A stretch of DNA of 59,130 nucleotides, filler included, from Sphacelaria rigidula (GCA_964200075.2; 8 parts of 8 records of this genome joined end to end with filler, not necessarily neighbours in it); one strand, 5' to 3'. Shown: positions 11,915 to 23,589, counted from the whole stretch's first letter. The notes: generated by a model from the sequence alone, not told the origin. Numbers and translations are program-made.

Positions 11915-12160
11915 TTTTTTTTTTTTTAATACCCCACCGTCCTTCTGCGGTGTTTGCCTTTATTTTTTTATCGCGAGAGGGGTTCAGCGGCCCCTTTCCC
12001 TCGTCGACCGTTAAGTCATATTTTGTGTACCCACGACATAGCCGCTCTCCACTGTTGGGCATGGGGTGAGAAAAGATTCCAGATCACTCCGAGAATCGAA
12101 CCCCCCTACTCAACCATCAGATGGTTACGAGGTTACCAACTGAGCCACCGGGGCGACCGG
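11915..12160 (-). mobile_element. Apparently full-length tRNA-derived SINE with poly-A tail
   Basis: Head GCCCCGGTGGCTCAGTTGGTAA (A box) ... GGTTCGATTCTC (B box), a unique body, and an A13 tail (T-run 11915-11927). Confidence 0.85.
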
Positions 12161-12225
12161 CTGCATGCATTTATTATATTCATAGAATAGTAAAGTTTTG
12201 ACAAATCATCATCACGACAAGTGAA

Positions 12226-12395
12226 GAGTAGTTCTACGGGTAGGGAGGTGCACATTTTTTTTTCAGAGGCTCCGCACTTTAGGAGAAGCCTCTGGACGAC
12301 AAACATCTGGGCCTTAGCGTGCAGTCTCAGAAAAAAACAACAACTTGGATTTAAAAAAAGTACACCCCTACGAGTACCGGATTATAGAATCACTC
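12226..12395. mobile_element. Short Sola-like MITE
   Basis: GAG...CTC termini; flanks TGAA/CGAA (4-bp TSD with one mismatch). Confidence 0.7.
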
Positions 12396-12605
12396 CGAAG
12401 GCATGCCGGACCCGCCGTATGATTGGCAAGCTAAGCTACGCTCTATCCACACATACATATATAACAAGGACCGTGCCATGTATCGTCCATCACCTGTATT
12501 CCAAAACTATATACCATACCATGTCCTGATTACTCAATTAAATGCTCGTGTCTGCGCGCATGCTCTCATGCGACGACGGACGCGCTTGTATCTGTCTTTC
12601 TCCAG

Positions 12606-12653
12606 GTTCCAGGGGAAAAGGCGGGGGCGGGGCTGAGGCCAGTCTGTGTACAG
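12606..12653 (+). CDS. Putative 48-bp internal exon (VPGEKAGAGLRPVCVQ if phase 0)
   Basis: Pyrimidine-rich acceptor TCTTTCTCCAG and donor GTGAGG; function unknown. Confidence 0.35.
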
Positions 12654-12662
12654 GTGAGGTTG

Positions 12663-13068
12663 GAGTCATGCTACGATAGGGGTTGCACATTTGGGCCGAG
12701 ATATTTCCCGTTCAGGGACTCCTTAAGCTAGGAGTTGCACAAGAATCTGGGTCAGGGCATTCCTGTCTTTCAAATTCGTGCGGGATTATCCGTGGGCCAT
12801 ACCGGGGGTGCGCTCGTGGTCATGCATGCCATAATCATGAGAAGATTGCCGGGGGAGAGATGGGATGATTCCTTGAGACCGCGGAGTCGTCTCGAGGAAG
12901 GTGGGGGGGTTCAAAGTGCGACAAATAAAAAAATAAATAATAAAATGCCAATCGTGGCGTGTTCTCACAAATCTTAGACGTCGTTTTTCGGATGAGATAC
13001 AACAGTAGGGGGCTCCTAACGATCCGAACCTCAGGAAATATTTGTGCACCCCTACCGGAGCACCACTC
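12663..13068. mobile_element. Sola-like MITE carrying an internal retroposon 3' fragment
   Basis: TIRs GAGTCATGCTACG...CCGGAGCACCACTC with perfect 4-bp TSD GTTG. Carries about 140 bp of extra A-tailed sequence relative to 26970-27227. Confidence 0.85.
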
Positions 13069-13390
13069 GTTGGTTCTCTCTCTTCCTGACTGCACCCGAA
13101 CTTATTTTTTTTCGTTTTATTCAGAAGGGTGGGGGTACTACCTGCCTACTGCACACGCCGGGCGTGGATTGCCCTCCCTTGAAGATGTGATGAGTGATGC
13201 CGAGGAGTGCGCTACGGTAGAGGAGTGCAGATTTTTTTTCTGAGGCTCGGCACTTTGGGAACCTTATGACAAAACACCTGGGCTTTACTCGATGTGCAGT
13301 CTCAGCTTCTTTTTTCTTCCGAAAAGTGAGGGGACCTACAGAAATGTTCGTACACGGTGGTTGGTGAGAAATATCATGGAGTGTTACAAA

Positions 13391-13600
13391 CTAACCCTAA
13401 CCCTAACCCTAACCCTGACCCTGACCCCGACCCAAGGCGCATGAGAGCCTCGGGCAAGGGGGCTGCACAGGCTCCCCTAGGCAAAGTGTGCGTTTTCAGA
13501 CCTTTAATCGACGCCGCAGGCGCCGATTTCGACAAGAACACATTCTGGATGAGCTGGATCCACTGCTGACCTGCCCCAACCGTAAACTTTCTCAAAAGTT
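13391..13600 (-). repeat. Dispersed element of about 200 bp ending in (TTAGGG)n
   Basis: (CCCTAA)n-CCCTGA-CCCCGA-CCCAAGG...CCTAGGCAAAGTG.GCG...CGCAGGCGCCGAT shared with about 25371-25530 and 54748-54945. Confidence 0.88.
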
Positions 13601-14709
13601 CCTTCAGTCTACAATCAAGTAGTCATCCCTGTCAACCTTTGTGTGCGAACATTTCTGTAGGTCTACTCTGAAAAGTGCACACCCTGGACAAAAGCTTCTC
13701 TTGTCAAAAAGTATACTGCGTACAGTATGGAATCCATTGTCTATTGCAGAGGCGCAACAGTCGATACTGTACGCAGTGCACTTTTCGACTGTATTCTCTT
13801 GTCATCACTCTGATTTTGTTCCTCTTCGTGGAGATGAAAATGTAGGCTGTCGTACCAGTATTTGGTGCTTGCCCCGCAGGTGCTCGCGCCGTATGATGGA
13901 TGGGGTGTAAAAAGTGTAATTAACGGACCTCTTCTGTTTTGTTTTATTTTCGAAAATTTTCAGACTTTTTCGGGTGAGGAGAAAAAGTTTCCCCGATAAA
14001 TGTGACAGCAGATTTCTTATACAGGTCAAGCAATAGATCAATTTTAGGACTTGACCACATATAAGGCCGCTTCTTATAGACTCAGAAAAGTCTCTGAGAA
14101 AAGTCGTCCATGAGACGTCCTCCAGAGAAATTAGTTTTCAGAACCCCACCTTATAGTCTACGAAAAAATCCTGGGGATTTGTACACCCGAGGCCATCATC
14201 TAGCCTGCGTGCAGACGCTGGTAGTGGTCATAATTTGCATTTTGTGCTTGTGCCACCTGCGGTGAGCTTGCGGTAAATCAACACGTAAATAATCCTGTCG
14301 AGGTACAGGATGGATGGGATGGCAACACACACACACACACACACGCGCGCGCGCGCACGCATAGTAGCTACTGGTATACTCCGCAATAGGGATCGAAATG
14401 ATAAGCGTATCAACCCTTACTTCAGCCGATCGCCGCTTGGTAAAGTAGTCGTGTCGCAAGCGGCGCAAAGTGTGCAGCAGACGGTTTGTGCCATACCGCA
14501 CGCAACGAATTCACGTGACAGTCAGTAAGTAGTGCGGTAGCAACCGTCTGTGTACGCAGAATACTACAGAGTCCGCAGTCGGTGGCGGGCACGACGAGCA
14601 TGAAACGATACGAGCATAGTCAACGCAGCTAGCAGGGGCGACATCGTGCTATTTTACGGTAGTAACGAAAAAAAAAAAAACACAGCACTGTCTGTACTAT
14701 CTGTCTCTG

Positions 14710-14809
14710 NNNNNNNNNNNNNNNNNNNNNNNNNNNNNNNNNNNNNNNNNNNNTTAATTAATTAANNNNNNNNNNNNNNNNNNNNNNNNNNNNNNNNNNN
14801 NNNNNNNNN
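14710..14809. other. Artificial contig spacer
   Basis: N44-TTAATTAATTAA-N44. Confidence 0.99.
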
Positions 14810-16152
14810 AGTCACTAGACCATCTACAATTGAACCAAGTCTGCCGACCGTGCTGTCCAGGCTCCCTGCTCACCATGCGGCATTCGCCCAGGTCGTTCTT
14901 GGCGCAGTCCGCACTCTTCGTCTGAACCTCAGACACACAGTTGATGAACGAACGCCCGCCTTTGTACGACTTTTGCTGCTTCCCGCTCTTCGTGTCCCAC
15001 GACGTGACCTGGCGAAGTGCACACAGATGTCCATCATTCTTTTTTTCCATGAACTTCACGGGGTTGAGACATGTGATTGGAATTTGCGGCTCGTGCTTGA
15101 GTCATACCGTCAAAAGGATGCAAAAAAAGTAGTGCGCCCTAGGTGGTTCTTCTTCACCCTCCTTCCGAGGTTTAAAAGGGTCGATTTTCTTCCTTGGTTT
15201 TCTCTTGAATTGCATGGGACTTTCTGGAAGCAAGCCCCAGTGAACGCGGGGGGCATCTCCTCGACCCAAAAACATCGTGGAGGTGTGGAAAAACACACGA
15301 TCCGGCATCGTTGACAGCCCGTACATCTTGAGTTGACGTCACTAATGGGACAGAAAGTGTGTATGTACACATATGTCGCAATCTTCATATATGACGACGT
15401 GCTCGTTCGAGGTACGGTTCTCACCTTGGTGCCAAGGAAAGACAAGCTCCCTCCGTGGCCCCTGACCTCGTGGAAAGATTTGGACCCATCGGATTGGATG
15501 CGCAGTACATCGCAGTCACCTCCATCAGAAACGCCGTGGCATTGGAACACGGAACTATCGTAGACGAAAAGAGAGCTGGTGAGTAGCCAGTGGCCGGTGG
15601 GCTTACCCCCCACCACCTTGTCATCTTCGTCCAAAACCTTCACCGGTCCATCGGGAAAAGCGGCGTAAATATCGCTGAGAGTACCGCACCCTCCACCCTC
15701 GATGTCTGCAGGTCGCAGGGGTGGGTGGGTAGGACAACGGAGATCAGACGGGAGATGAATATGCTGGGTTATACAGGATACCCCCCGAATCTTCGTCACA
15801 TCCCATCCGTCATATTCGAGGGTCGGTGGGCGTTCGGAGAACGAGATCATCGTCACGTTACTTTCATCATGATCCTTTTGGAGAACATGATACTCCGTGT
15901 ATAAGGCTCTCGGACACATACGCCCGGGATCGATGTTCTTCTACCGTCGCGCAGTCAACATGTGGTCAAAAAGACTTGGTGGTCCACGATCAAGTTTGGG
16001 ACCGACCAGAAACCGTCATGAGTAACGGGTTAGTAGCCTCCAACAAGTTTACACGGTTAGGACAAATAGTATTTCGTCAGAAAGTTACTTGGTTTTAGTA
16101 TAATAAGTGGACTCGCGATGGATGAATCCTCATGACTCATTTCAGCGTTACA
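14810..16152 (-). mobile_element. Possible decayed LTR-retrotransposon gag region
   Basis: Intronless, frameshifted long ORFs. A K/Q-rich stretch is followed by two eroded zinc-knuckle-like motifs (FINCVSEVQTKSADCAK; TWFNC). A repeat of about 90 bp upstream is shared with both ends of contig 6. Confidence 0.35.
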
Positions 16153-17023
16153 ACCAAGGTACACGCGGCCCAGACACGTGGAATGGCGCAAACGTTGCGT
16201 GGGACACCCCTTGGATCAGCGGTTCACCTTCTCCTCCCTTTCGGGCAATCGGGCAGAAGAAATTGTGAATCTGGTGATTTGGAGTCGTGATAATTTGTCC
16301 CAACCCTGCAAGTTTTATCCAAAATGTCTCCTTATGCCACAGAAGACGGGTCCAGGCAGGAAAATCCGGGCCTCAAAATTTCTCGTCAATTCTCGACGGG
16401 TTTAGCCTCGACAAATTGCTTACACATAGTGTTCGACGAAGATGCCCAGCGATAGGTGGAGGAACCCTTGCAGGAACCGCTCGGGGCCTTCGTCGGCGCC
16501 TTCTCCGAGACGGGCTTGGTTGCCCTAGTCCCTAATTGAACGAGAACGTACCGGTGACAGACAGAGATTGCGGCCAGGTGGATATGCGGTGTATACGTCA
16601 GCAATGGTTCCACACGTTGGACAAATCATCATCTCTCTGAAGATTATTCTTCTCAGTCAACGGATTCGAGAGTCTTTCTTGATTAGCTGATTCAGACAGA
16701 TCATGATTTGTCCGACGTGTGAATGGTTCACGCGGGACCATGTCACCATCACACTCGATTCGATACGGTAGTCGGGTGTATGACACGAAACATGGGGCAG
16801 CAGGAAAACCGTTCAACTCGCGTCAGCTACGAGGAAGCGAATATATCGGTATTTTTTTTTACTATTCTAAGCCCGGTGCTGGAAACGGGAGCGTACGAGC
16901 TTAGTATCAAAATCGATATCTCACGGACAGCGATATTCATGAAAATACTCCAAATATTTGGAGAATACTCAAGCCCCAACATGGGGTGCAATGCCGGGGG
17001 CCTCGAGATTCCATGAATCTCAC

Positions 17024-17151
17024 CAATTTCGTAAGCGCTGAATGCCAAGTACCCGCCACAAAGCGAATCTGGGTCGCCGGCGCATGGCATATCGCACACG
17101 GGGTCTCGGAGACCATCGTACACATCCAGCTCCACATCGGCGGTTCCACAC
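17024..17151 (-). CDS. WSC-domain protein, exon 3 (CGTADVELDVYDGLRDPVCDMPCAGDPDSLCGGYLAFSAYEI)
   Basis: WSC C-terminal C-x3-C-x-G-D-x4-CGG motif; CAG acceptor and GTGAGA donor; phase matches exon 2. Confidence 0.92.
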
Positions 17152-17380
17152 CTGCGCGAGGTGGATGAGTGCAGTGGAAAAAGCTCGGTCATCCCCTGGA
17201 GTGACATCAACAGTTAATGCATCGTCGATGATGGGTCACATTCTCTCCTGTTCGGCACGTTCCTCCCGCGATGGTTCGGAATGCAGGAGTCAAGTAGGGT
17301 TTCTGCCGAGGAAATGATCGTATCCTACATTTCCCTGATCCACGATATGTAGGGGGGGGGGGGGGGGGTGGGGGACTCAC

Positions 17381-17448
17381 CAGCACTCCGTGCCGTACTG
17401 CAGCGCATAGACCCCGGCTTCCCGCTTCGTACAGTGAGTCTGGCAAAG
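17381..17448 (-). CDS. WSC-domain protein, exon 2 (LCQTHCTKREAGVYALQYGTECW)
   Basis: WSC C-x3-C...QYG-x-EC-W-CG motif; CAG and GTGAGT splice sites; absent from the ORF track. Confidence 0.92.
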
Positions 17449-18460
17449 CTGTCGAATAGTTGCAAGCGCGCACAGAAATCCGATGAAAACGATGCCATTG
17501 ATTCAGCAAAAACGGGTGTGATTCAATGGAACAGCCCGACTACATCAATCGAAGTAGATGGATGTACGAAATACCACGGTAACCCTCGCATGATACTGAA
17601 AATCCGAACAGTTGCCGGGTCCAAGATATGCACGCATAGCATTCATCATCGGAGCAGACTACAGCAACGCAGTAACATCACATGTTGCTGGTGGTACACT
17701 CAAGTCCTGCGTATACGCAACACCACAGAGAACGGATGACAAGCCACGAGCAACAGACCGCGCGCAATGGAGAGCGACAGTGCGAAGATCGTTGCGTGCC
17801 GTAAACTTGATACCAACTGGAGGTGTTCCTGGATCGTGCAGGAACAGATGGGGTAGCACCAGTACAAATAAACTAAGGACGAAGGCTGCGACAGGATGTT
17901 GAAAATGTGCGAACAATTTGTAGCAGTGCGGAATCTATTGCGCCATGTTCGCAGACTCGGGAATCCTCCACCTCAACCATCTGTCCATCATCCCTGCGAC
18001 AGGTACAGTAGCTTGTGACCACATTCGCGAAGGCCGGGATGCGCCAATTCGGGCAGTGTACTGTCCTCATGGCGCTTCACGTGATACACTTCACCCCCTC
18101 GAGTCCGAAAACAGTTGCCTCGTTTCAGTGTGTTCGGTGCGAGGCTTGATATGTTTGTCCGCCTGCTGCATGAGGTGATGCTGAATAATTCAGGATGACC
18201 GAGAGTATTCGTGATGTTGTTTACATCGTCGAAACTATATGATAATGTAGGACACATGCTTAAAACACCTGCACATTACACGGTGGATAATGTTCCCCCG
18301 TTGACCGGGACATGATCGAGCCAAACCCCAGTGGATGGTAGGCTGGAGAGCACATGCTCCCACGCAACAGGGTGCCCGCCATGCCGTGGCGTTCGAAGTC
18401 ATGAATTGCAGTTGCTCATCTTCTGTGGGAGCCAAGGACAGAAATACCAAGAGCACTCAC

Positions 18461-18745
18461 CTCAGGAGTCATCGCTTCGTCGACGAATTCATTGCCCAGC
18501 ACGCGCCCACTGCGCTTGTCGTTGAAACACCCAAGGGAAGAAGGATCAGCGGCCTGGCCCACGGCCCGGGAACTCTGATCACTCGGACCAGCGGAGCGTC
18601 CCACCGACACGCCGATGATAATCGCGACAGTGCCGGAGAGGGCAACGAGCGCGAGTAGGTCACGCTTCCTGATCATGCCGCGACATGTTCTACTTCGGTC
18701 GTTGTCGCGCCAAATTGGAGAGTCGGTGTCAACAACAGCCGACAT
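18461..18745 (-). CDS. WSC-domain protein, probable first coding exon with a transmembrane anchor and the WSC start (SLGCFNDKRSGRVL...MTPE)
   Basis: Hydrophobic LLALVALSGTVAIIIGVSV, a GCF-x-D motif, and a phase-0 GTGAGT donor. The frame is open upstream, so the start codon is uncertain. Confidence 0.85.
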
Positions 18746-19825
18746 GTTCTCTATAGGACCCTGGGGAGACGTGGTCGGTTGCTAATGAAAAGTTCTCGAC
18801 TACGTCGCTGTTGCTGAGGATTACGACGAAGACAGTCGGGCGTCAGCAACAGCAAACACACGCGTCCGCAGAGCAACGGTGAATGCGGTGTGCGTTGTAT
18901 ACCGGTGAACTTCGACGGTGAGAAGTGAGGTGTGGTGTGGTGGGGAGGGGGTCGCTTGATGCGGGTTTGTTCTCAAGTCGGATGGTTGACATCCCGCATG
19001 CCAAACAGAACAAATTAATGCACTAGAACACCCAAAAATGTCCCCTCACGTACCCTCGGCATTACTTGTTGAACAGAAGCGCGGGGGTCCCCAAATCAGC
19101 AAAGGATTTCGAGGAACACGGGAGAACATGCACGCGACTCCATAGGTGGGAACCTGACCATAGATAAGGATACGAAATTACCTTGACGCGTGCTCCGCTA
19201 GTTTTTCGTGCGTGGCAAAGAATATTTGTGTTGTTGGGTGCGGCACGTGTGAATGCGAACTGGTCGACATTTTTTTTCGTTTCATTTTTCGCGATTGAAA
19301 CTACCCACTTGTTCTCATCAAATCCTAGCGCTGACCAAGGGCACAACGAGAAGCTCGGGAAATGAGGGTGGATGTCGCAGGTGGAGCGTACGTTGACGCA
19401 ACTGAGATCGGTGCAATTTGGGTAGATCTTCACGCAATAGAACCATTTCCCCTTGGAAAACATACACGACGCGTTTTCCTGTTGCCTTTTTCGATGAGCT
19501 GTACGTTCCTGAATCGAAAGTTGCACAGGAAAGGACTGACGGCCAGCTTGGAGGCCCATTCTGTTCTCTAGCTATTTCTTAAATTTGAGCCAACATGCTT
19601 GGAAGGCTCGAAGGGCACGTTGTTCGGGCATCACGATGAGTTGGCCTCCAAGCGCCCCGAATATGTGCCAGTAGACATGATGATCAAGTTCTTTTTTTAC
19701 CATGAATGAATGCTGTCAACCACTTCGTGCCAACTTCCGCAGGCCCCCTTGCCCGCGGAATTTACCGGCACAATTTCTGTGGAGGCAAATGTATCTTTCA
19801 AACCCATTTTTCAAACAATTGGACT

Positions 19826-20140
19826 TTAATCCCTAGACCGCGGGATTATAGTCTTTCTGGATCATGTATACTTTTTTTCAGTTGAAATTGATGCCGATTC
19901 AACAGAAGACTAACATCGGGGTCTAAGGGTTAACGCTTGGCCGCGAAGTTAGTCTTCTGTTGAATCGGCATCAATTTCAAGTGAACAAAAGTATGCATGA
20001 TCCAGAAAGACTAATCTCGCCGTCCAAGGGTTGACCCTTACAGCGTGAGGGTAGGTCACCTGCTGAATCGGTATCAAGTTTCACTTGAAGAAAGTGTGCG
20101 CGATCCAGATGGACGACCCGCACCGCGGTCTAAGGGTTAG
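19826..20140. mobile_element. Three abutting piggyBac-like MITEs of about 100 bp
   Basis: Units 19830-19929, 19934-20030 (inverted) and 20035-20136, with CCCT..AGGG-type ends separated by TTAA, TTAA, TTGA and TTAG. Confidence 0.75.
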
Positions 20141-22113
20141 CATTGCATCCGATTCGATCTCGGCCCGATATAACCTGGATCGTTCGAGACCGGAGAATTC
20201 TGGGCCATTCACACATCAGTTAGGCGAAAATTTGGACGATCGATGTGCGGCCAGCCTGCCGGAATACTCTCATCAACATCAAGTGAACAATCGAAGTCAG
20301 TGAGAGACTGACATTTTTCGCACGTTCCTGCATCGCAGTTTTCCCCCTCGGAATTGTTCTCAGGGTGAGACGTTTGGAACAGTAAATTTTTCGGACATGA
20401 TTCATTCCAATCATACTCCGTGCCGTCATGTCATCATCAACCAGCTTACGAATACATGGTTCACGTGTTTCCGCAACCCGCTACTGTAGGCTTCTTCTGG
20501 CTACAATTACTATGATAGTGACATGTAGGCCCATGGGTTTCCCCTAGCACGAGTATATCACCCCCCCCCCCCCCCCCCCCACCCCCCACCCCCCTGCACA
20601 CACAGGAGAAGAGGTGTGCCAAAAAAGCTGGCCGTACCATTTGTTCCCACCTCCTTCGTTGCCGTTGTGATCTCCATTTTGATAATGGCCGTCGGGTCTT
20701 GTTTGGCATCGTTTGTATCGCGTGCTCGTTGGGCCTTTCTTTCGCGGCCTCTTGTAATATTTGCGTACCGCAGCCTTTTCACCCCTTGCACTAGATATGC
20801 CGAACAAAAATCAGGGTTAGTTCCGAGAATTCTGGTTCGTCATGAACCTCAAGGGCCAGCTGTCGAAGCGACGAATAACAAGCGTCGAATAATGCTGCTC
20901 AATCTGCCTGCAAACAACGTGTGTCGAGAGGAGTAGGCTATCTTGGCTTGTACCTGCCTCAAATCTAACGAATAGTATACTGTAATTATGTGCGTGTCTC
21001 TCGTGTCAGCGCGTCCTCGTTCGTCACAAGCCTTTGAACTATCTTGAGTAGTGGCTGCTGCTGATCATGTATGTGCGGGGTGGAATCTTGAAAAAAAATC
21101 TCTTTCCGCCGATAGTATCCGCTTGGGATGTTCCCTCCCGTCGGGGCAGCTAGTGTTGCTAATGATCTCAGCTTGTTTCTTAGGTTATTTGCTCGCTACA
21201 GATCGCCGTGATTATTAGGAAAACATGAGAGGATGTGTATGTAGTTGTGCGAAAGTTTAGCCGCCTCACCCCACTGCAGCACCTCCGCAATCCGAGCTTC
21301 CATCTCTACAGAAATCCATCCTTTCATATCAGTACCTGGTGTCAGCAACGGCAGCAACAGCACCTCCCGTGAGGTGAGTTCTCCGTAGTTGACAGATATT
21401 TCTCGGAAAGTTATGGAATGTGCAGGTGCGGATGAACATAACTGCAGGTGGGATGATCATAACTGTTATTTTCGCACATGAGTTTGGCGTATGGAACAAT
21501 ACCTCTCGCGACATTTGTTCGACATCAATTGTCACCTCCTCCGTGACAGTCCCCGGGAAAATTCGGCCAACGGATATCTGCCTGTACAGGCTGATTCCTC
21601 CGAGCCGTCTTTAGCTTTTCGAGGCTCTTACTATTATACTGGGTACGGAATACTAGTGTCAATTAGAACATGATCATACGTTGTGATGCAAACGGAGGAT
21701 AATGAATTATATTCAGCGTTCCAGGCACGGAAGATGGTGCTGATTGTAAGGTGACAATATCCAAGCAAGCGAAGTGGCTCGGAGGAGCAAGCGCCGACCC
21801 ACCTATCGTCGAGTGTGGCCATCGAGGGAAACATGTCACAATAGCAGTCATAAGGGTCAGACCCATTGTGGATAGTTTAGAGGCAGGGCCATCCAGCAAG
21901 ATATCCTGGTAGCACACAATCTATACAACTGTGCTACAGAATTTGAGTAGCACGGGTAGGCCCACAAGGCGCCCGCGCCCCGCCCGGCCGTGTACCCCGG
22001 GAGCAGGCAGCACGCCACCGTGCAGAACTGCATTAGTAGCCTCATACGCGACTTGTACCGCCAGGTTGTTTGTCGCATACGCAAGGTGCATGCCTCAATG
22101 CACAAGAGGTGCG

Positions 22114-22213
22114 NNNNNNNNNNNNNNNNNNNNNNNNNNNNNNNNNNNNNNNNNNNNTTAATTAATTAANNNNNNNNNNNNNNNNNNNNNNNNNNNNNNN
22201 NNNNNNNNNNNNN
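22114..22213. other. Artificial contig spacer
   Basis: N44-TTAATTAATTAA-N44. Confidence 0.99.
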
Positions 22214-22311
22214 GCGGATTTTCAGCAACATGCCACTATTTCGTGCAGACGTCAATCACGTCATCCCTAACCAGCCTCATTGGTCCTTCTGGGGGCCCGG
22301 TCCCAAAGGGG

Positions 22312-22620
22312 TTAATTTTTTCCACAACGAGCATTGACTCGAGTGCTCGCCCTATTTTTTTTCTACAACGAGCAATGAATGACTCGAGTGCTCGCCCTCT
22401 TAGTTTCTTTCCCCAACGAGCAATGACTCGAGTGCTCGCCCTCTTAATATTTTTTCACAACAAGCAATGATTCAAGTGCTCGCCCCGCTAATTTTTTCCC
22501 CAACGAGCAAGGACTCGAGTGCTCGCCCTATTAATTGTTTTCCTCGACGAGCACTGACTCGAGTGCTTGCCCTTTTTTTTTTCCCACAACGAGCAATGAC
22601 TCGAGTGCTCGCTCTATGAA
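22312..22620. repeat. Minisatellite: 7 copies of partly palindromic CAACGAGCAATGACTCGAGTGCTCGCCC with T-rich linkers
   Basis: Direct reading; period about 42-50 bp. Confidence 0.92.
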
Positions 22621-22712
22621 TTTTTACGGCCAACGACCAGCCCAACGAATGCGAGTACCACGAGTCACACTCGTGCTCGTCCGACGGATGGACATTTTGC
22701 TGCTACAGCTTG

Positions 22713-22935
22713 ATTTGGTTGGTTGATTGATTGATTGTCACGCTTTAACTCATCCCTCAGGGATTCTGCCGTGGTCACATAATGAACGTACCCGACACAA
22801 AACAGGGGTGAAACACACGCTGAAGAAATAGTGAAGAAAAACAGGGCCGACTAAGAAAAGAAAGGAAAAGAAAAAAAGAGTCGACTAGGGAAAGAAAGGA
22901 AGAAAGAGACGGAAACAAAGAAGAAAGACTAGAGC
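22713..22935 (-). mobile_element. LINE-type 3' end with (AATC)n tail
   Basis: Minus strand reads a T-rich tract, then TGTGACCACGGC...GTGACAATCAATCAATCAACC. Related to about 23940-24055 and 40708-40770. Confidence 0.6.
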
Positions 22936-23498
22936 AGGTGAATGCTGAAAAATACCATGGTTGGCCCCAGCTCGGTACCAAGTGCTTATTTTCTATTTTG
23001 AAGTTCGACGATAATGTGAGTTTCTTCGTCCATGCGGTTCACATTTCAATAATATCCGCTGAAAATCGCAAACGACAAATAACACGTCACGAGTTTTTTT
23101 CCCGGGAATTTCAGTGCCAAGACGTGGAGGAACTATTCAAAAATACTTCCAATCTGTATGCAAGACACTAGAATTGTGCAGAAATGGGCATGACTTCTCC
23201 GGACATTATATATATACTTCGTATATGTACTTCGAAAATTGGCTGATCACGTCCAAGGTCACGGGTTCAAGTCCCGTTTTTTTCCGAAAAGTAATAAAAT
23301 TGTATGAAGCATTATAACTAAAAATGACATTCTATCTATGTTTGTGATAACTTTTAATATGTTTTTACGTAAATGTTTGGAGATGTGGCTGAGTGGCTTC
23401 AAGTTTTGATTTACTTCATAAATCTATAAATTTTGTATAGCCTGGGTTCGAATCCGAACAATCCTTTGTTACCTATTATATCATATATATTTTCGGAC

Positions 23499-23525
23499 TA
23501 GGGTTAGGGTTAGGGTTAGGGTTAG
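23499..23525 (+). repeat. Interstitial telomeric repeat, about 4 copies of TTAGGG
   Basis: TAGGGTTAGGGTTAGGGTTAGGGTTAG. Confidence 0.9.
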
Positions 23526-23589
23526 TATATATATATATGAAATGATTGTACGTATACGCGTGTTTCTTCATGTCGACGAAGAATCTGAG

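Noticed and set aside
22312..22620. CRISPR array
   Set aside because: Linkers are too short, T-rich and mutually similar; there are no cas genes and the context is eukaryotic
23235..23460. tRNA genes (GGTTCAAGTCCC, GGTTCGAATCC)
   Set aside because: B-box-like motifs only, without acceptor or anticodon stems
23499..23525. True telomere
   Set aside because: Only about four repeats, internal to the contig
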